64,000 bases of DNA, taken from assembly GCA_963745835.1 (NCBI GenBank), contig CAVUZH010000003.1, positions 1,120,001 through 1,184,000 of the forward strand, given 5' to 3'. Positions 54,082 to 64,000 of the stretch are shown in pieces. The notes below the pieces were generated by a model that saw nothing but the letters and a program-made list of their open reading frames with translations, did no database searches and was not told the origin of the DNA. The first letter of the stretch is position 1, and each line of letters begins with the position of its first letter. Position numbers and translations under genes: made by a program. The stretch is from an uncultured delta proteobacterium (GTDB lineage: Bacteria; Desulfobacterota; Binatia; UBA9968).

Positions 54082-54114
54082 CAATGCAAAGAATTGCGGT
54101 TTCAGCCCTCTACC

Positions 54115-54157
54115 GATTTCGAGTCAAGCGCCTTCAGCCGGGCTCGGCCACCTCTCC
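54115..54157 (-). repeat. 5' fragment of tRNA-Ser(CGA) at the native locus (att site)
   Basis: 43-bp identity to 41151-41193; diverges right after the anticodon loop. Confidence 0.92.
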
Positions 54158-54652
54158 AAACCTTGTGATTCGTTTTTGTTCTCGCAGAGAACTAAAGAAT
54201 TTCCCCAAAATAGTAGCACACGCTTCTGCCAGGACTCCAGCCGTATGCGGGACTTGGTGGTTAAGTCGCCGATCATCGCATAGGCGATAGAGCGATATAA
54301 CAGCGCCCGCTTTCGGATCTAAACAGCCGAATATAAGCCGGCGCATGCGTCCCTGCAGGACCGCGCCTGCACACATGATGCAGGGTTCTAAGGTGACATA
54401 AAGATCACACTCTGTAAGCCGCCAGTAACCTAGCTTCCGCGCAGCCTCATCGAGGGCAAGGATTTCCGCATGAGCGATCGGACTTTGCAGTTCTTCTCTA
54501 CGATTATAACCACTGCCGACAATCTGGTTATTGTGAACTACAATGGCGCCAACGGGAACTTCTCCCCTTTGACTTGCATGATGGGCAAGCTGCAATGCTA
54601 GATTCATGAAGGAAAGATCGCCCGGTAGGACGGCGGTTTCAATTTGATTCAT
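54134..54652 (-). CDS. tadA: tRNA adenosine(34) deaminase
   Basis: GEVPVGA, HAEI, TLEPCIMCAGA, DPKAGA, LNH. Confidence 0.94.
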   Translation of the reverse strand: MNQIETAVLPGDLSFMNLALQLAHHASQRGEVPVGAIVVHNNQIVGSGYNRREELQSPIAHAEILALDEAARKLGYWRLTECDLYVTLEPCIMCAGAVLQGRMRRLIFGCLDPKAGAVISLYRLCDDRRLNHQVPHTAGVLAEACATILGKFFSSLREQKRITRFGEVAEPG

Positions 54653-54802
54653 GGAACTTCAACGTTAGCACACCGATGATCAAGAATAGATTCCGCGATG
54701 AACCGCACCGGCCAATACTTTGAAACCTTCGGCTATAGAGTTAGCTCGGTCCGCCGAGGCTCCGCAAGAGGCTACGGTTTACATCGCTGGAGGTACTGCT
54801 AG

Positions 54803-55621
54803 TTAAGGATGCATGTATTCAATGGGCGGTGGCTCGATATCGGTCGTGACATCTATAACGCCGGGAACTGCTCTCGTGATTCGGACGATTTCCTTTTCCA
54901 GATCAGGATCCGCCAAAATTCCTGAAATGTTTACACGTCCAGCATCGCTTGTGACATTAAGAATAACATTGCGCGTCTTCGGCGAGGTGATGAGCGCGGC
55001 TTGAACTCGTGCAGCAACCGTGAGATCTTGAAACGCTTTTTCGGATTCTGGAGTAGGCCGATATTCAGGTCTGCGGGCGGCTTCTGCGATCAAGTATGCA
55101 GCCATTTCCACCGTGATCCGCGAAGTATTTAGAATGAGATCATAGCCGGTGGGATCCTGCCAGTCGATATTGAAAAGCGCCCGAAGACGGCGACCCCGCA
55201 CCCGATCGAGGTCCTTCAAAAACTGCCGCGCACTTTCGCCCCCGAGTCCCCTTTGTGCCTTTACCTGTTCAATCCGGTAATCCATCGAGGCAACGATAAG
55301 CACCTTGAGAACATGCCTAATTCCTGGAAATAATTCCTGCCCGGCTCGACCGTGATATACGAGATCGCCTGCTTGCGCGACCTCACACATCGCCGCCTGC
55401 AAAGTGATCCGATAAAGCCTCAAACTTTCTAACCACCGCTCCCACCAGTGGCCCTGGGTCTCTAGAACCTCCTCAAACTTTGCCTCCGGTATTCCGTACC
55501 TTTGGCTCGCTTCGATCAAGACCTCTCGGTTTACGGACCGATAATTCAGTGCAGCTGCGACCTGCTCGGCAATTGCACTTCCACCTGTGAATGCAGCATG
55601 AGAAATAGTTACGATTGCCAT
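54803..55621 (-). CDS. Cytidylate-kinase-like family protein with C-terminal BON domain
   Basis: AIVTIS..GG..IAE, VYHGRAG, YDLILNT, BON-like tail. Confidence 0.85.
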   Translation of the reverse strand: MAIVTISHAAFTGGSAIAEQVAAALNYRSVNREVLIEASQRYGIPEAKFEEVLETQGHWWERWLESLRLYRITLQAAMCEVAQAGDLVYHGRAGQELFPGIRHVLKVLIVASMDYRIEQVKAQRGLGGESARQFLKDLDRVRGRRLRALFNIDWQDPTGYDLILNTSRITVEMAAYLIAEAARRPEYRPTPESEKAFQDLTVAARVQAALITSPKTRNVILNVTSDAGRVNISGILADPDLEKEIVRITRAVPGVIDVTTDIEPPPIEYMHP

Positions 55622-56109
55622 TGACCTCTAGCCTCCTTCCCACACGGCCCGGAACGCGTGAACCAGCTATGGTAATCAGATATATCTGGATCGTACGGCG
55701 CCCAATTTTGCCGAACCAAACAGGCGGCATTCTCCCACTCCTCTAACTAAGTAGTCAAGGCCATTTTAGATCTGTGTTGTGGCAGCAAAACACTTGGGAA
55801 CCTTTGGTGGGACGCGAAGACTCAAGTTTTTGCCATCTGTGCCAGACCCCAGCAGACTCTTCCAGCTTAAAGCGAGGGAGAACGGCCGACCTCTCCGGCC
55901 GTAAACAGCCAGTACGACATTAGCCGATGAAATTTAAATGTCTTAGCAACGAAGATACGGCGATCCGAATACACCGCAGAACAAGTGAGAAACGTAGCGC
56001 ATTCTCGGCCTCTACGTCAGAAAACGGACACCAGCAATGGAGGTTCGCAAGTCAGCGTCGGTAGAAGATGACGTCCAGGGAGCCAGACTTCACTGCGAAC
56101 CCAGTTGGC

Positions 56110-56489
56110 TTACACTTTGGTGAGCTTTCGCAGTTGTGTGAGCAGATCGAGAGCTTTGATAGGCTTCTGGATAAAACCATTACATCCGCTATCTAAGCAC
56201 CTGGCGTTATGTACGGAAACGCGCTAATCGCGATGATCAATGTTCCTGCTCTCATTGGAGTTGCTCGGATCGTCCTCACAACATCGATCCCCTCCATATC
56301 GGACAAATCGATCTCGAGGAGTACGACGTCCGGAGCATGCTCTTTTGTGCTCTGTATGGCGCCGGCGCCAGTTCGAGCAACTAAAATTGCGTAACGGGCT
56401 ATAGTTAAGTGTTTCGTAAGGTAGGCGATCTCTTTCAGCTGCTTGCCGACCACGAGAACTGTTTTTGATTCTCCGAACGGCACGTTCAT
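56110..56489 (-). pseudogene. Atypical single-domain receiver, frameshifted
   Basis: PDVVLLEIDL..MEG; continues RCLDSGCNGFIQKP in another frame. Confidence 0.65.
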
Positions 56490-57009
56490 TTCCTGCCGTT
56501 AAGTTGGAGCAACAAATATCCCTGCAGTCGAATGATAAAAACCTCGTGCATCAGCACGGATTAATTATCTCTGCGGAATGCAAAGGTGGGCTCAATGGCC
56601 ACAGTTGTACAAACGTTGACCTACGGTTTGTTAATCGGTGCTTAGAGTCGAGGATGTGGATCGGTGGTCCGAAGCTAAAAATCCGCGACCTACAGTCGGG
56701 TTAACGACCGGGTTACCTTGACATTGCGAACTAGCCGAAATAAGGCTGCGGAGAGGATTTGCTGCGAGTGAGCTACGACTGAAGAGGTCATGGGCCGATC
56801 GATGTAAGCCAAAGAAACCTGAGGTTAACGGACGCTGATGCCGCAATTGGAGACCTACCGATCATCCGATCGGACCAACTATTTGTTTGTTGTCGGCTCG
56901 CTGCTAGTCGATACCGTTCGATCTCGGACATTGGCCGCGATTGTGCGCACCACACTCGATTGGAATCTCGTCATCCGGGGAGAACCATATGGGTAAGGGG
57001 TAGCCCGCT

Positions 57010-58005
57010 ATGAAATTACCGTGCGGCCTCTCTCTTTTATCTATTAGTTTGTTCATGTTGCTCGCCGTAACAGCTAGTGAAGGCGCAACTCTAGCGCGCT
57101 TGAGAGTCGGCTACCCGTCGCCCAGCGCCAGCTTCTTTCCTCTATTTGCCACTAAAGAAGCCGGGCTTTTGGAAAAATATGGATTCGACACCGAGATGGT
57201 CTATGTCCAGGGAGTACAGCTGGTGCAGGTCCACGTTGCCGGACAGCTCAACGTATCGACGATTTCTTCGGTGGTTTATCTTCAGGCCTCCGTCGAGGGC
57301 GCCGATCTGATTCAGGTGGCAAGCTCCATTGACAACCAACTGATGAAACTCATGGTTCATCCGTCGATAGCAAAGCCTGAGGATCTCAGGGGGAAAACTC
57401 TCGCGGTGACCCGATTCGGATCGCTCACCGACCTTCTGATTCGTCCGGTGCTGAAGAACTGGGGACTCGAACCGCAGAAGGATGTGAAGCTGATTCAAAT
57501 CGGCAGAATGCCGGATATAGCGACAGCGATCGCTCAAAAATCGGTCGATGGGGGTGTCATCTCTTTTCCGACGTCAGTCCAAGCGGAAAAGATGAACATC
57601 AAAACCATGCTGGATTTTGCCGACTCCGGTTTCGATCTGCCGGCAACCACTGTGGTGGTGAGCCGGCGTTATAGCAAAAGCAACCGGGACACAGTGGTGA
57701 AATTCCTCAAGGCTTACATCGAAGGAACGCGGCGGCTATTCACAGACCGAGAGCTGGGCATTCGGGCTCTGCGGCGCTATGGCGGCATTAGCGATCGCGA
57801 CATGCTGTCAACGACGTACGATCTTTTTACTTCCCGATACATTAAGAAAATTCCCACAGTAAATGCCAAGGGAGTCGAAAACTCGTTAGGCTTGATTGCA
57901 GAGAACAACCCAAGAGCAAAAGGCCGCAAAGCCGAGGAGTTTATGGATACCAGCTTTATAGAGGAACTGGAGAGCATCGGCTTCATCAGCTCGGTTTGGA
58001 AGTGA
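57010..58005 (+). CDS. ABC substrate-binding protein (NMT1/SsuA/TauA family)
   Basis: Signal peptide; DLRGKTLAVTRFGS, KFLKAYIEG. Confidence 0.88.
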   Translation: MKLPCGLSLLSISLFMLLAVTASEGATLARLRVGYPSPSASFFPLFATKEAGLLEKYGFDTEMVYVQGVQLVQVHVAGQLNVSTISSVVYLQASVEGADLIQVASSIDNQLMKLMVHPSIAKPEDLRGKTLAVTRFGSLTDLLIRPVLKNWGLEPQKDVKLIQIGRMPDIATAIAQKSVDGGVISFPTSVQAEKMNIKTMLDFADSGFDLPATTVVVSRRYSKSNRDTVVKFLKAYIEGTRRLFTDRELGIRALRRYGGISDRDMLSTTYDLFTSRYIKKIPTVNAKGVENSLGLIAENNPRAKGRKAEEFMDTSFIEELESIGFISSVWK

Positions 58006-58239
58006 CCTCGATTTATCGCCAGTCTGAAGCGATGTTGAATCGTGCATGATCGTGAAGAGTCTTGCGATATTACGACCAGTCAATTTGGACCGTGATCGTA
58101 GCGACTCGCGTTGCTCAATACTTAAAGATGTAGATTTCTGCCTCAAGCAAATAAGAACGGCTGGGATTTGAGCGTGTCAGAGGTCGTCGAATGTTAAAAA
58201 TATTGGCAAAGTGATTTCGGAAATGTGAGGTCACACGCT

Positions 58240-59331
58240 ATGTGGCAAAACACCAAGAAGCTCAAGAATTCCGGTGAAAAGAGATTTCGTGGCCTCTTTG
58301 CTTATCTTCTGGCCACCATCGGTCTCTGGGGTCTTTTAGACATTGAGCAGGGATTTGCGCAGGCTCCTTTTTATCAGGGCAAAACCATTCGGGTGATCGT
58401 TGGTTATCAGCCAGGCGACAGTCACGATCAATGGGCGCGTACTTACGTGCGCTTCTTAGGCAAGCACATTCCTGGCAATCCCGAGTTCGTCGTCCAAAAC
58501 ATGCCCGGCGCGGGTGGGATGATTGCCGCTAATCATATTTACAATCTGACCAAGCCCGATGGCCTAACTCTGGGCTCGTTTGGCGGGGCCCTTTTTATGG
58601 CCCAGATCACCGGCCGTAAGGAAGTCCAGTTCGATTGGCCCAAGTTTAATTGGATTATGACACCCGAGCGTGGTGGTCATTTGGTATTCATGCGCACCGA
58701 CATTCCGCAGAAGACCTTCGATGATCTTCGACAAACCAGTGATCCACCGAAATGCTCGGCCACCGGCGTGGGCAGTTCGGGCTATGATATTCCGAGGCTC
58801 CTCGAGGAAGCGTTGGGATTCAAATTTCAGGTCATCAGCGGTTATCCGGGCGGCGCCGAGCAAGATCTGGCGATGGAACGCGGCGAGGTTCACTGTCGCG
58901 CCTTTACAATCGACGCTTTCTTCGGCCGGGAGCCATTTCCTACCTGGATAAAGAAGGGATTCATCAAGGTTTGGCTTCAAACCGAGCGCAAACGTAATCC
59001 CAAACTGCCGGAGGTCCCGACGGTATTTGAGCTGATGGATCAGTACAAAGTCAGCGAACCCAAGCGGCGTTTAGTTGAAGCGTACCTGGGCATCTGGGGT
59101 TTCGGCTCACGCCCTATCGTTACCTCACCGGGTGTGCCGGCGGATCGGGTAAAAGTTTTTCGTGAGGCTTTCGCCAAGATGTTCAAGGACCCGGAATTCC
59201 TCGATGAGATAAAGAAAAGAAGATGGGAGATAAGTCCGGTAAGCGGCGAAGAACTACAAACGTTAGCCAACGAAGTGGTCGATCAACCGGCCGATGTGAC
59301 GGCGGCGTTAAAACGAATTCTAAGCAAATAA
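58240..59331 (+). CDS. TctC/Bug-like tripartite tricarboxylate transporter binding protein
   Basis: FYQGKTI.VIVG, VQNMPGAGG, KPDGLT, GYPG...LAMERGEV. Confidence 0.88.
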   Translation: MWQNTKKLKNSGEKRFRGLFAYLLATIGLWGLLDIEQGFAQAPFYQGKTIRVIVGYQPGDSHDQWARTYVRFLGKHIPGNPEFVVQNMPGAGGMIAANHIYNLTKPDGLTLGSFGGALFMAQITGRKEVQFDWPKFNWIMTPERGGHLVFMRTDIPQKTFDDLRQTSDPPKCSATGVGSSGYDIPRLLEEALGFKFQVISGYPGGAEQDLAMERGEVHCRAFTIDAFFGREPFPTWIKKGFIKVWLQTERKRNPKLPEVPTVFELMDQYKVSEPKRRLVEAYLGIWGFGSRPIVTSPGVPADRVKVFREAFAKMFKDPEFLDEIKKRRWEISPVSGEELQTLANEVVDQPADVTAALKRILSK

Positions 59332-59410
59332 CTGGTTGGCCTGAGAATTTGGCCCTCAGTCGGTATCAACCATCGAATGTTCTTATCATTGAATCACTTA
59401 CACCAAGGTT

Positions 59411-60598
59411 TTACCGGTGCAACGCTACAAAGGCAAAAACCTTTGCCGCATTGAAAACGTCGTTGACCGACACCAGATCGTGGTCGGTATGCTGGAAGCG
59501 GATATCGCGGGAGCCATAGTTGATCGCCTGAATGCCGCGAAAGTTGAATAGGCCGGTATCGTTGGCTGCGGTGGAAAAGGTGTATTGCGGCTCGTAGTTT
59601 AGGACCGTGCGGATGCCGTGCTCGAGGGCGCGTACCACCTCAGCATCCTTGCCAACTTCGCTCGGGTACATGAAATCCTTCGGTTGAACCTCAATCTCAT
59701 ACGGTTCTATTATGCCGATGGCGTCAATCATCTGCTGCACAGCTCTTTTGGGATCGTCGCCCGGAAGAAGCCGGCGATCAAACGTGATGCGGCACTCGCT
59801 CTGGATCGTGTGGGTGGCTTTGGGAAAACTCTCGATCGAGTTGGCCGCGAGACTCACCTTGCCCAACGAACCGTGCTTTTTGGCTTCTGGATAAGGCATT
59901 AACGGCTTGAGCTTGTCCAGTACCTTCATCGCGCCTTCGATGGCATTGATGCCTTCCCACGGACGGCTACTGTGGCTCTGTTTGCCGCGCACGATCACCA
60001 GCACATCAATACGGCCTTTATTGCCAAGTTGTATTTCGGGCGGGCCGTCGATGATGCACCAGTCCGCTTCCACCCGGCCGTGATCCAGAACATAAGCCAG
60101 CGAATCGTGCCGTCCAGTCTCGCCGGCGGTGCTGACAACTAGATAAAGATCCGAAGGAAGCTCGATTTTGCTTGAGCCAAGAAAGCGAATTGCCGCGAGC
60201 ATAGCCGCAAGACTCCCCTTCTGCTCACACGCTCCTCGTCCCCACACGCACTCGCCATCCAGTTTGTAGGGCGCGCCATCGACGATCTCTCCTGAATAAG
60301 GGTTTTGCATGGTACTCGGCGCCGCATTCATGGCGTAACCCACCAGCATGAGCCGGTCGCTCTGGCTCCTGCCCTTGATGTGTAGGATGAGATTACCCAT
60401 GCCGTCGATGAGCGGCCGTAACCCGGCTTGTTCCAGCTCCGGCTTTACGATGTCGCGGATCAGCGCAAGGACCTGCGGCTCAGCTTCGAGAAGCGCGGTT
60501 TGCGGGCTGGCGTGCTGCACCAGTTTTACAGCAAGCCGCTTCACCTCGTCGTAAGACAGGTTCTTCTCGATCAATTTTTTCGCCGTATCCGCGTCCAT
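59411..60598 (-). CDS. M20 family metallopeptidase/deacylase-like protein
   Basis: WGRGACEQKG, GKQSHSS.PWEGINAI, DRRLLPG, QH..HD. Confidence 0.85.
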   Translation of the reverse strand: MDADTAKKLIEKNLSYDEVKRLAVKLVQHASPQTALLEAEPQVLALIRDIVKPELEQAGLRPLIDGMGNLILHIKGRSQSDRLMLVGYAMNAAPSTMQNPYSGEIVDGAPYKLDGECVWGRGACEQKGSLAAMLAAIRFLGSSKIELPSDLYLVVSTAGETGRHDSLAYVLDHGRVEADWCIIDGPPEIQLGNKGRIDVLVIVRGKQSHSSRPWEGINAIEGAMKVLDKLKPLMPYPEAKKHGSLGKVSLAANSIESFPKATHTIQSECRITFDRRLLPGDDPKRAVQQMIDAIGIIEPYEIEVQPKDFMYPSEVGKDAEVVRALEHGIRTVLNYEPQYTFSTAANDTGLFNFRGIQAINYGSRDIRFQHTDHDLVSVNDVFNAAKVFAFVALHR

Positions 60599-60652
60599 CC
60601 GCTTATTCTTTTCTTTTGATTTAAAAGGCTTTCAGTATCTTGCCGGCTTCTT

Positions 60653-62422
60653 TCAATGTCCTTCGAATTGGCCGCCGACCCTGCCGATTTTTCGCGCAAT
60701 CATGATGAGCGTGACACAAACCATACTGATGATCAGAGCCAGAGAACACATCGGCCCGAGATTGCCGTCGACATAAAAATGATACAGCAGCGGCCCGAGA
60801 GGCTCCGAGCCCGGCGAATAGAGGAACACGGAAGCGCTGAACTCGCGCAGAAAAATCGTTGCGAGAATTATCCAGCCGGCGAGAAAGCCGGGACGGAGCA
60901 GCGGCAGCAGAATGCGGCGAAAGGTCGTCATGAAGCTGGCGCCGCAAGCCATCGAGGCCTGCGGCAGATCGTCGTGCAGCTGAACAATCGTGCTGGTCAT
61001 TGTGCGCAAGCCGTACGGCAGGAATCGGGTGATATAGGCGATCATCAGGATCCACAACGTGCCGTATATGGGCAGCGGCATATAGACATAGGTCCAGAGC
61101 AGGCCGATGGCCAGCGCTGTTCCGGGAAAGGCCCATGGAATAAACGTCAACGCTTCGATCACGCCGCGCCCGGCGGTCCGGCTTTTCGTCGTCACCCAGG
61201 CGGTCAATGCCGCTATCAGCATGCACAACGTCGCGCCGCCTATCGCCAGAAAAATACTATTTTGAAACGCCCGGTAGGTTCGGGTATCACCGAAATTGGA
61301 CCGATAATTATCCAGGGTTAACAGCTCCCAGGTCCTGGCGCTCGGCACATGAACATAGGACACGAAAGAAACGTAGATCATTACAAGAAGCGGCAAAACG
61401 ACGATCAATATAAGGATTAAACAGGCGATCGCCGACGCGCCGTAGCGCCATTTGCCGAGATCGATGATGGTTGGCCGGTAGCCGCGTCCGGTGACCGTAA
61501 CGTAGCGTTCCGAGCGCATGGTGAGACGGCGATAGAAGTAGACGAAAAGCATTGTGATAATCAGCAGCGAGACCGCATACGCCGCGGCCAGATTCTGGTT
61601 CGGCGGAAATGCGCCGACCGCCTCGCGGTAGATCTTAGTGGTGAACACTTCGATGCGCGCCGGTAGGGCTATAATGGCCGGCGTATCGAAGCTCTCGATA
61701 GCGCGAACAAAATTGAGCATCGTTGCCGCCAATAAAGCCGGACGAATGATCGGAAATGTAATACGCCGGGCGGTTTGCATATTCGTCGATCCAGCGACGC
61801 GCGCCGATTCCTCCAGCGACGGATCCATGGAATAGAGCGACGCTGAAATCAGCAAAAACGCCAACGGCGTCGTGATCAATGCTTCGACGTACACCATGCC
61901 CCAGATCGAGTACACATTTAACGGCGCCTCGGCGAGACCGAATATGTCCATCAGCACGCGGTTAATCAGACCCGTGCGCGGACTCAGCAGGACGGTCCAC
62001 GATACCGCCAGCATAACTGGCGGAAAGACGTTCGGCACAATCGCCGTCAGCTCAAAAACTCTTCTGAACGGCGCATTGGTGCGTATCGAAATCCATGCCA
62101 GGGCGGCTGCCAGCACGGTCGAAAGGATGGCCGAACCGCTGGCAAATACAAATGAGTTTAAAAGCAGCTGATAGGTCTGCGCATCCGTGTAGGCGCCAAT
62201 ATAGTGGCCGAGGGTGAAGTCGCCCGGCACGCCCAACGGTGTGCTGCGGAAGCTGCCGTAGAACAGCATCAGAGTGGGTGACAAGCTCAGGTAAGCGATG
62301 ACGATCCCAACTACCATAACAACCCCGAGCTCCGGATTTTTCCGAAAAGCCCGTAGAGGGCGAGCCAAGAGCCGACTCGGAGTTGAGGAATCTGTAAAGG
62401 CGTTACCTTTGACCGTACTCAT
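60653..62422 (-). CDS. Iron(III)/thiamine-type ABC transporter permease
   Basis: Two EAA loops (LEESARVAG, QASMACGA), multiple TM helices. Confidence 0.9.
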   Translation of the reverse strand: MSTVKGNAFTDSSTPSRLLARPLRAFRKNPELGVVMVVGIVIAYLSLSPTLMLFYGSFRSTPLGVPGDFTLGHYIGAYTDAQTYQLLLNSFVFASGSAILSTVLAAALAWISIRTNAPFRRVFELTAIVPNVFPPVMLAVSWTVLLSPRTGLINRVLMDIFGLAEAPLNVYSIWGMVYVEALITTPLAFLLISASLYSMDPSLEESARVAGSTNMQTARRITFPIIRPALLAATMLNFVRAIESFDTPAIIALPARIEVFTTKIYREAVGAFPPNQNLAAAYAVSLLIITMLFVYFYRRLTMRSERYVTVTGRGYRPTIIDLGKWRYGASAIACLILILIVVLPLLVMIYVSFVSYVHVPSARTWELLTLDNYRSNFGDTRTYRAFQNSIFLAIGGATLCMLIAALTAWVTTKSRTAGRGVIEALTFIPWAFPGTALAIGLLWTYVYMPLPIYGTLWILMIAYITRFLPYGLRTMTSTIVQLHDDLPQASMACGASFMTTFRRILLPLLRPGFLAGWIILATIFLREFSASVFLYSPGSEPLGPLLYHFYVDGNLGPMCSLALIISMVCVTLIMIARKIGRVGGQFEGH

Positions 62423-62500
62423 AAAAAGGAAGAGGGCGGGCCTCGCAACGCTTCACGCAGGGCCAGCCCTCTTTCCCTCATCGTACAAGCAGATGCCTGA

Positions 62501-63508
62501 TTACTTCTTGAAAAAGATCTCCCGGAAGGTACCGGTCATCAGTTTCTTGAATTCGTCCTCGGACGGATTATCCATGAAGATCAAATTGGGAGCGACCTTT
62601 TCCGCATCCTTGATGGGTGGCAACACTCCGGGATAGAGCACGAACTCCCCTTCCTCGGCCACCAGCTTTTGACCATCGGCCGAAGTGATGAATTCGATAT
62701 AGAGCTTAGCCGCGTTTGGATTGGCCGCCTTGGCACTCAGGCTCATATAGTTCGGATCGCTCAAATACTTGTCCATTAACACGTAACCCACCGGACCTTT
62801 GTACTGTTTGACATATTTGATGTAGGTGATGCCCACCGGAGCCTCGCCCTTGATGATGGTGGTCGTCACCGGCGCCAGGGATTCGACAAGCAGAGGTCTT
62901 TGGTTGGCCAACGCTTTGACCAGATCCAACCATTTGTCTCCTTTGAACTCTTTAAGATTCCACAAAAATTGCGCCGTGGTGGTGTGGCGCGTGGGATCGG
63001 GCATGGTAATCTTGCCGGTCCATTTTGGAGTCGCAAGATCGTCGAACGTTTTCGGCAAATCGCCCGGCTTTACCATGTCGGTATTGTACAGGATGCTGAT
63101 GGGAAGGACCCGCCAAGGGGTGATCATGCCATCTTTCTCTTTGAACTGCGCGGGAAACTTTTCCGATGACGGCGGCACGTACTTCTGGAACAGTCCGTCG
63201 TCGCGCATGATCAGCTGAACACCGCGATTGCCTTCGACGACATCGAAGCCGGGTTTGCCGGCGCGCCATTCGGTGAGCGCCCGTTCCGATACCCCTGTCG
63301 ACGAGCCGCGCCAGTATTCAACCGAGATGCCGTATTTTTTCTCAAATGCCGCATGCAGCGGTTTCATGGCCTGAGGAACCTGGGCCCCATACACAACGAC
63401 TCTGCCTTCTTTCTTGGCCGCCTCGATGTTTGGTTGCTGCGCCACCGCATTGCCAACCGACAGCCAAGCTATTATGAGAATGACACTCAGGCTTATTTTC
63501 CAACCCAT
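62501..63508 (-). CDS. Extracellular solute-binding protein (FbpA/AfuA-like)
   Basis: AAKKEGRVVVY, FEKKYGI, YNT.MV, NPNAAKLYIEF. Confidence 0.88.
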   Translation of the reverse strand: MGWKISLSVILIIAWLSVGNAVAQQPNIEAAKKEGRVVVYGAQVPQAMKPLHAAFEKKYGISVEYWRGSSTGVSERALTEWRAGKPGFDVVEGNRGVQLIMRDDGLFQKYVPPSSEKFPAQFKEKDGMITPWRVLPISILYNTDMVKPGDLPKTFDDLATPKWTGKITMPDPTRHTTTAQFLWNLKEFKGDKWLDLVKALANQRPLLVESLAPVTTTIIKGEAPVGITYIKYVKQYKGPVGYVLMDKYLSDPNYMSLSAKAANPNAAKLYIEFITSADGQKLVAEEGEFVLYPGVLPPIKDAEKVAPNLIFMDNPSEDEFKKLMTGTFREIFFKK

Positions 63509-63798
63509 GGAACCTCCTTATTAGTGAGAACGATTAAGCAGGGGTAATAAGTATATATCGGAAGCCCCTAAGTCAAGAAAAGCAGTGATTCATTGCTTCA
63601 TTATTCGTGGGCACTTGGCTCAACCATGCCATCTCTCAAGATTGCAGCAGTCCGCTGAAGCAAAAATGAAGATACATCTCAAAATCGAAGTAAAAGTTTC
63701 ATCGCTCACTGCCGCTGAAGTGAATTCGGCCTATCGGCCCGAAGAGAACCCCTGAAATCCTTTGGATGTTATAGAGCGATCCTCAAGCAACCTCGGAA

Positions 63799-64000
63799 TT
63801 AGGCGACTATTGCCGCGGCCATGCGGACAACGCTTTTTCTCATTGCTTGGGTGCCCATAGGTAATAGAACCGGCAGACTCAGGCCCGCTTTAACAAATGC
63901 CTCCAACTGTTTGCCGCATTGTGCCGTAGTCCCGGCTATGGAGTGGGCAAAAACCACCTCATCGCTGATATATTTCTTCGCCCCATCCCAATCTCGCCTG
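63799..64000 (-). CDS. C-terminal part of a probable LLM-class flavin-dependent oxidoreductase (runs off the window)
   Basis: DWDGAKKYISDEVV..SIAGT..QC..QLEAFVKAG..LPVL. Confidence 0.6.
   Translation of the reverse strand, partial: RRDWDGAKKYISDEVVFAHSIAGTTAQCGKQLEAFVKAGLSLPVLLPMGTQAMRKSVVRMAAAIVA

Larger units (their letters stand above)
41194..54114. mobile_element. Integrative island A (~12.9 kb)
   Basis: 43-bp direct repeat of the tRNA 5' half; integrase pseudogene, XRE, Xis-like gene; tgtttac arm-like repeats near both ends (~41250, ~53965). Confidence 0.85.

Noticed and set aside
53940-54114. Group I intron interrupting tRNA-Ser(CGA)
   Set aside because: Identity runs past the anticodon loop and is duplicated, a terminator follows, and no intron core is recognisable; an att site explains it

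Overview
The window looks like a ~53% GC bacterial chromosome segment. Gene content resembles a Deltaproteobacteria/Ca. Binatota-type genome (inference only). It has three parts. (1) 1-14.5 kb is a complete phosphate/polyphosphate cluster: ppx, ArsC-like, sixA, CHAD, a divergent pair of thymidylate-kinase-like genes (candidate bacterial PPK3), pstSCAB-phoU-phoBR, DUF47-pit, with 11-bp-period Pho boxes. recR-ybaB-dnaX-ffs-tRNA-Ser(GGA) follows. (2) ~18-54 kb is a tandem array of three decayed integrative elements at tRNA-Ser(CGA). The tRNA occurs as a 5' half at the native tadA locus, a full reconstituted copy, and a 3' half. The islands hold tyrosine-integrase remnants, IS3/IS1202/IS481-type elements, an integron cassette with attC, Ku/LigD remnants and orphan receiver proteins. 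They also hold a metacaspase with a melittin-like tail, a repeat peptide, and small-gene modules repeated between islands, including a structured RNA leader plus a membrane microprotein. (3) 54-64 kb is backbone again: tadA, CMK-like/BON, solute-binding proteins, M20 peptidase, ABC permease. Several frameshifts are single-base indels in short runs and may be sequencing errors. All calls come from reading the sequence; no searches were run.
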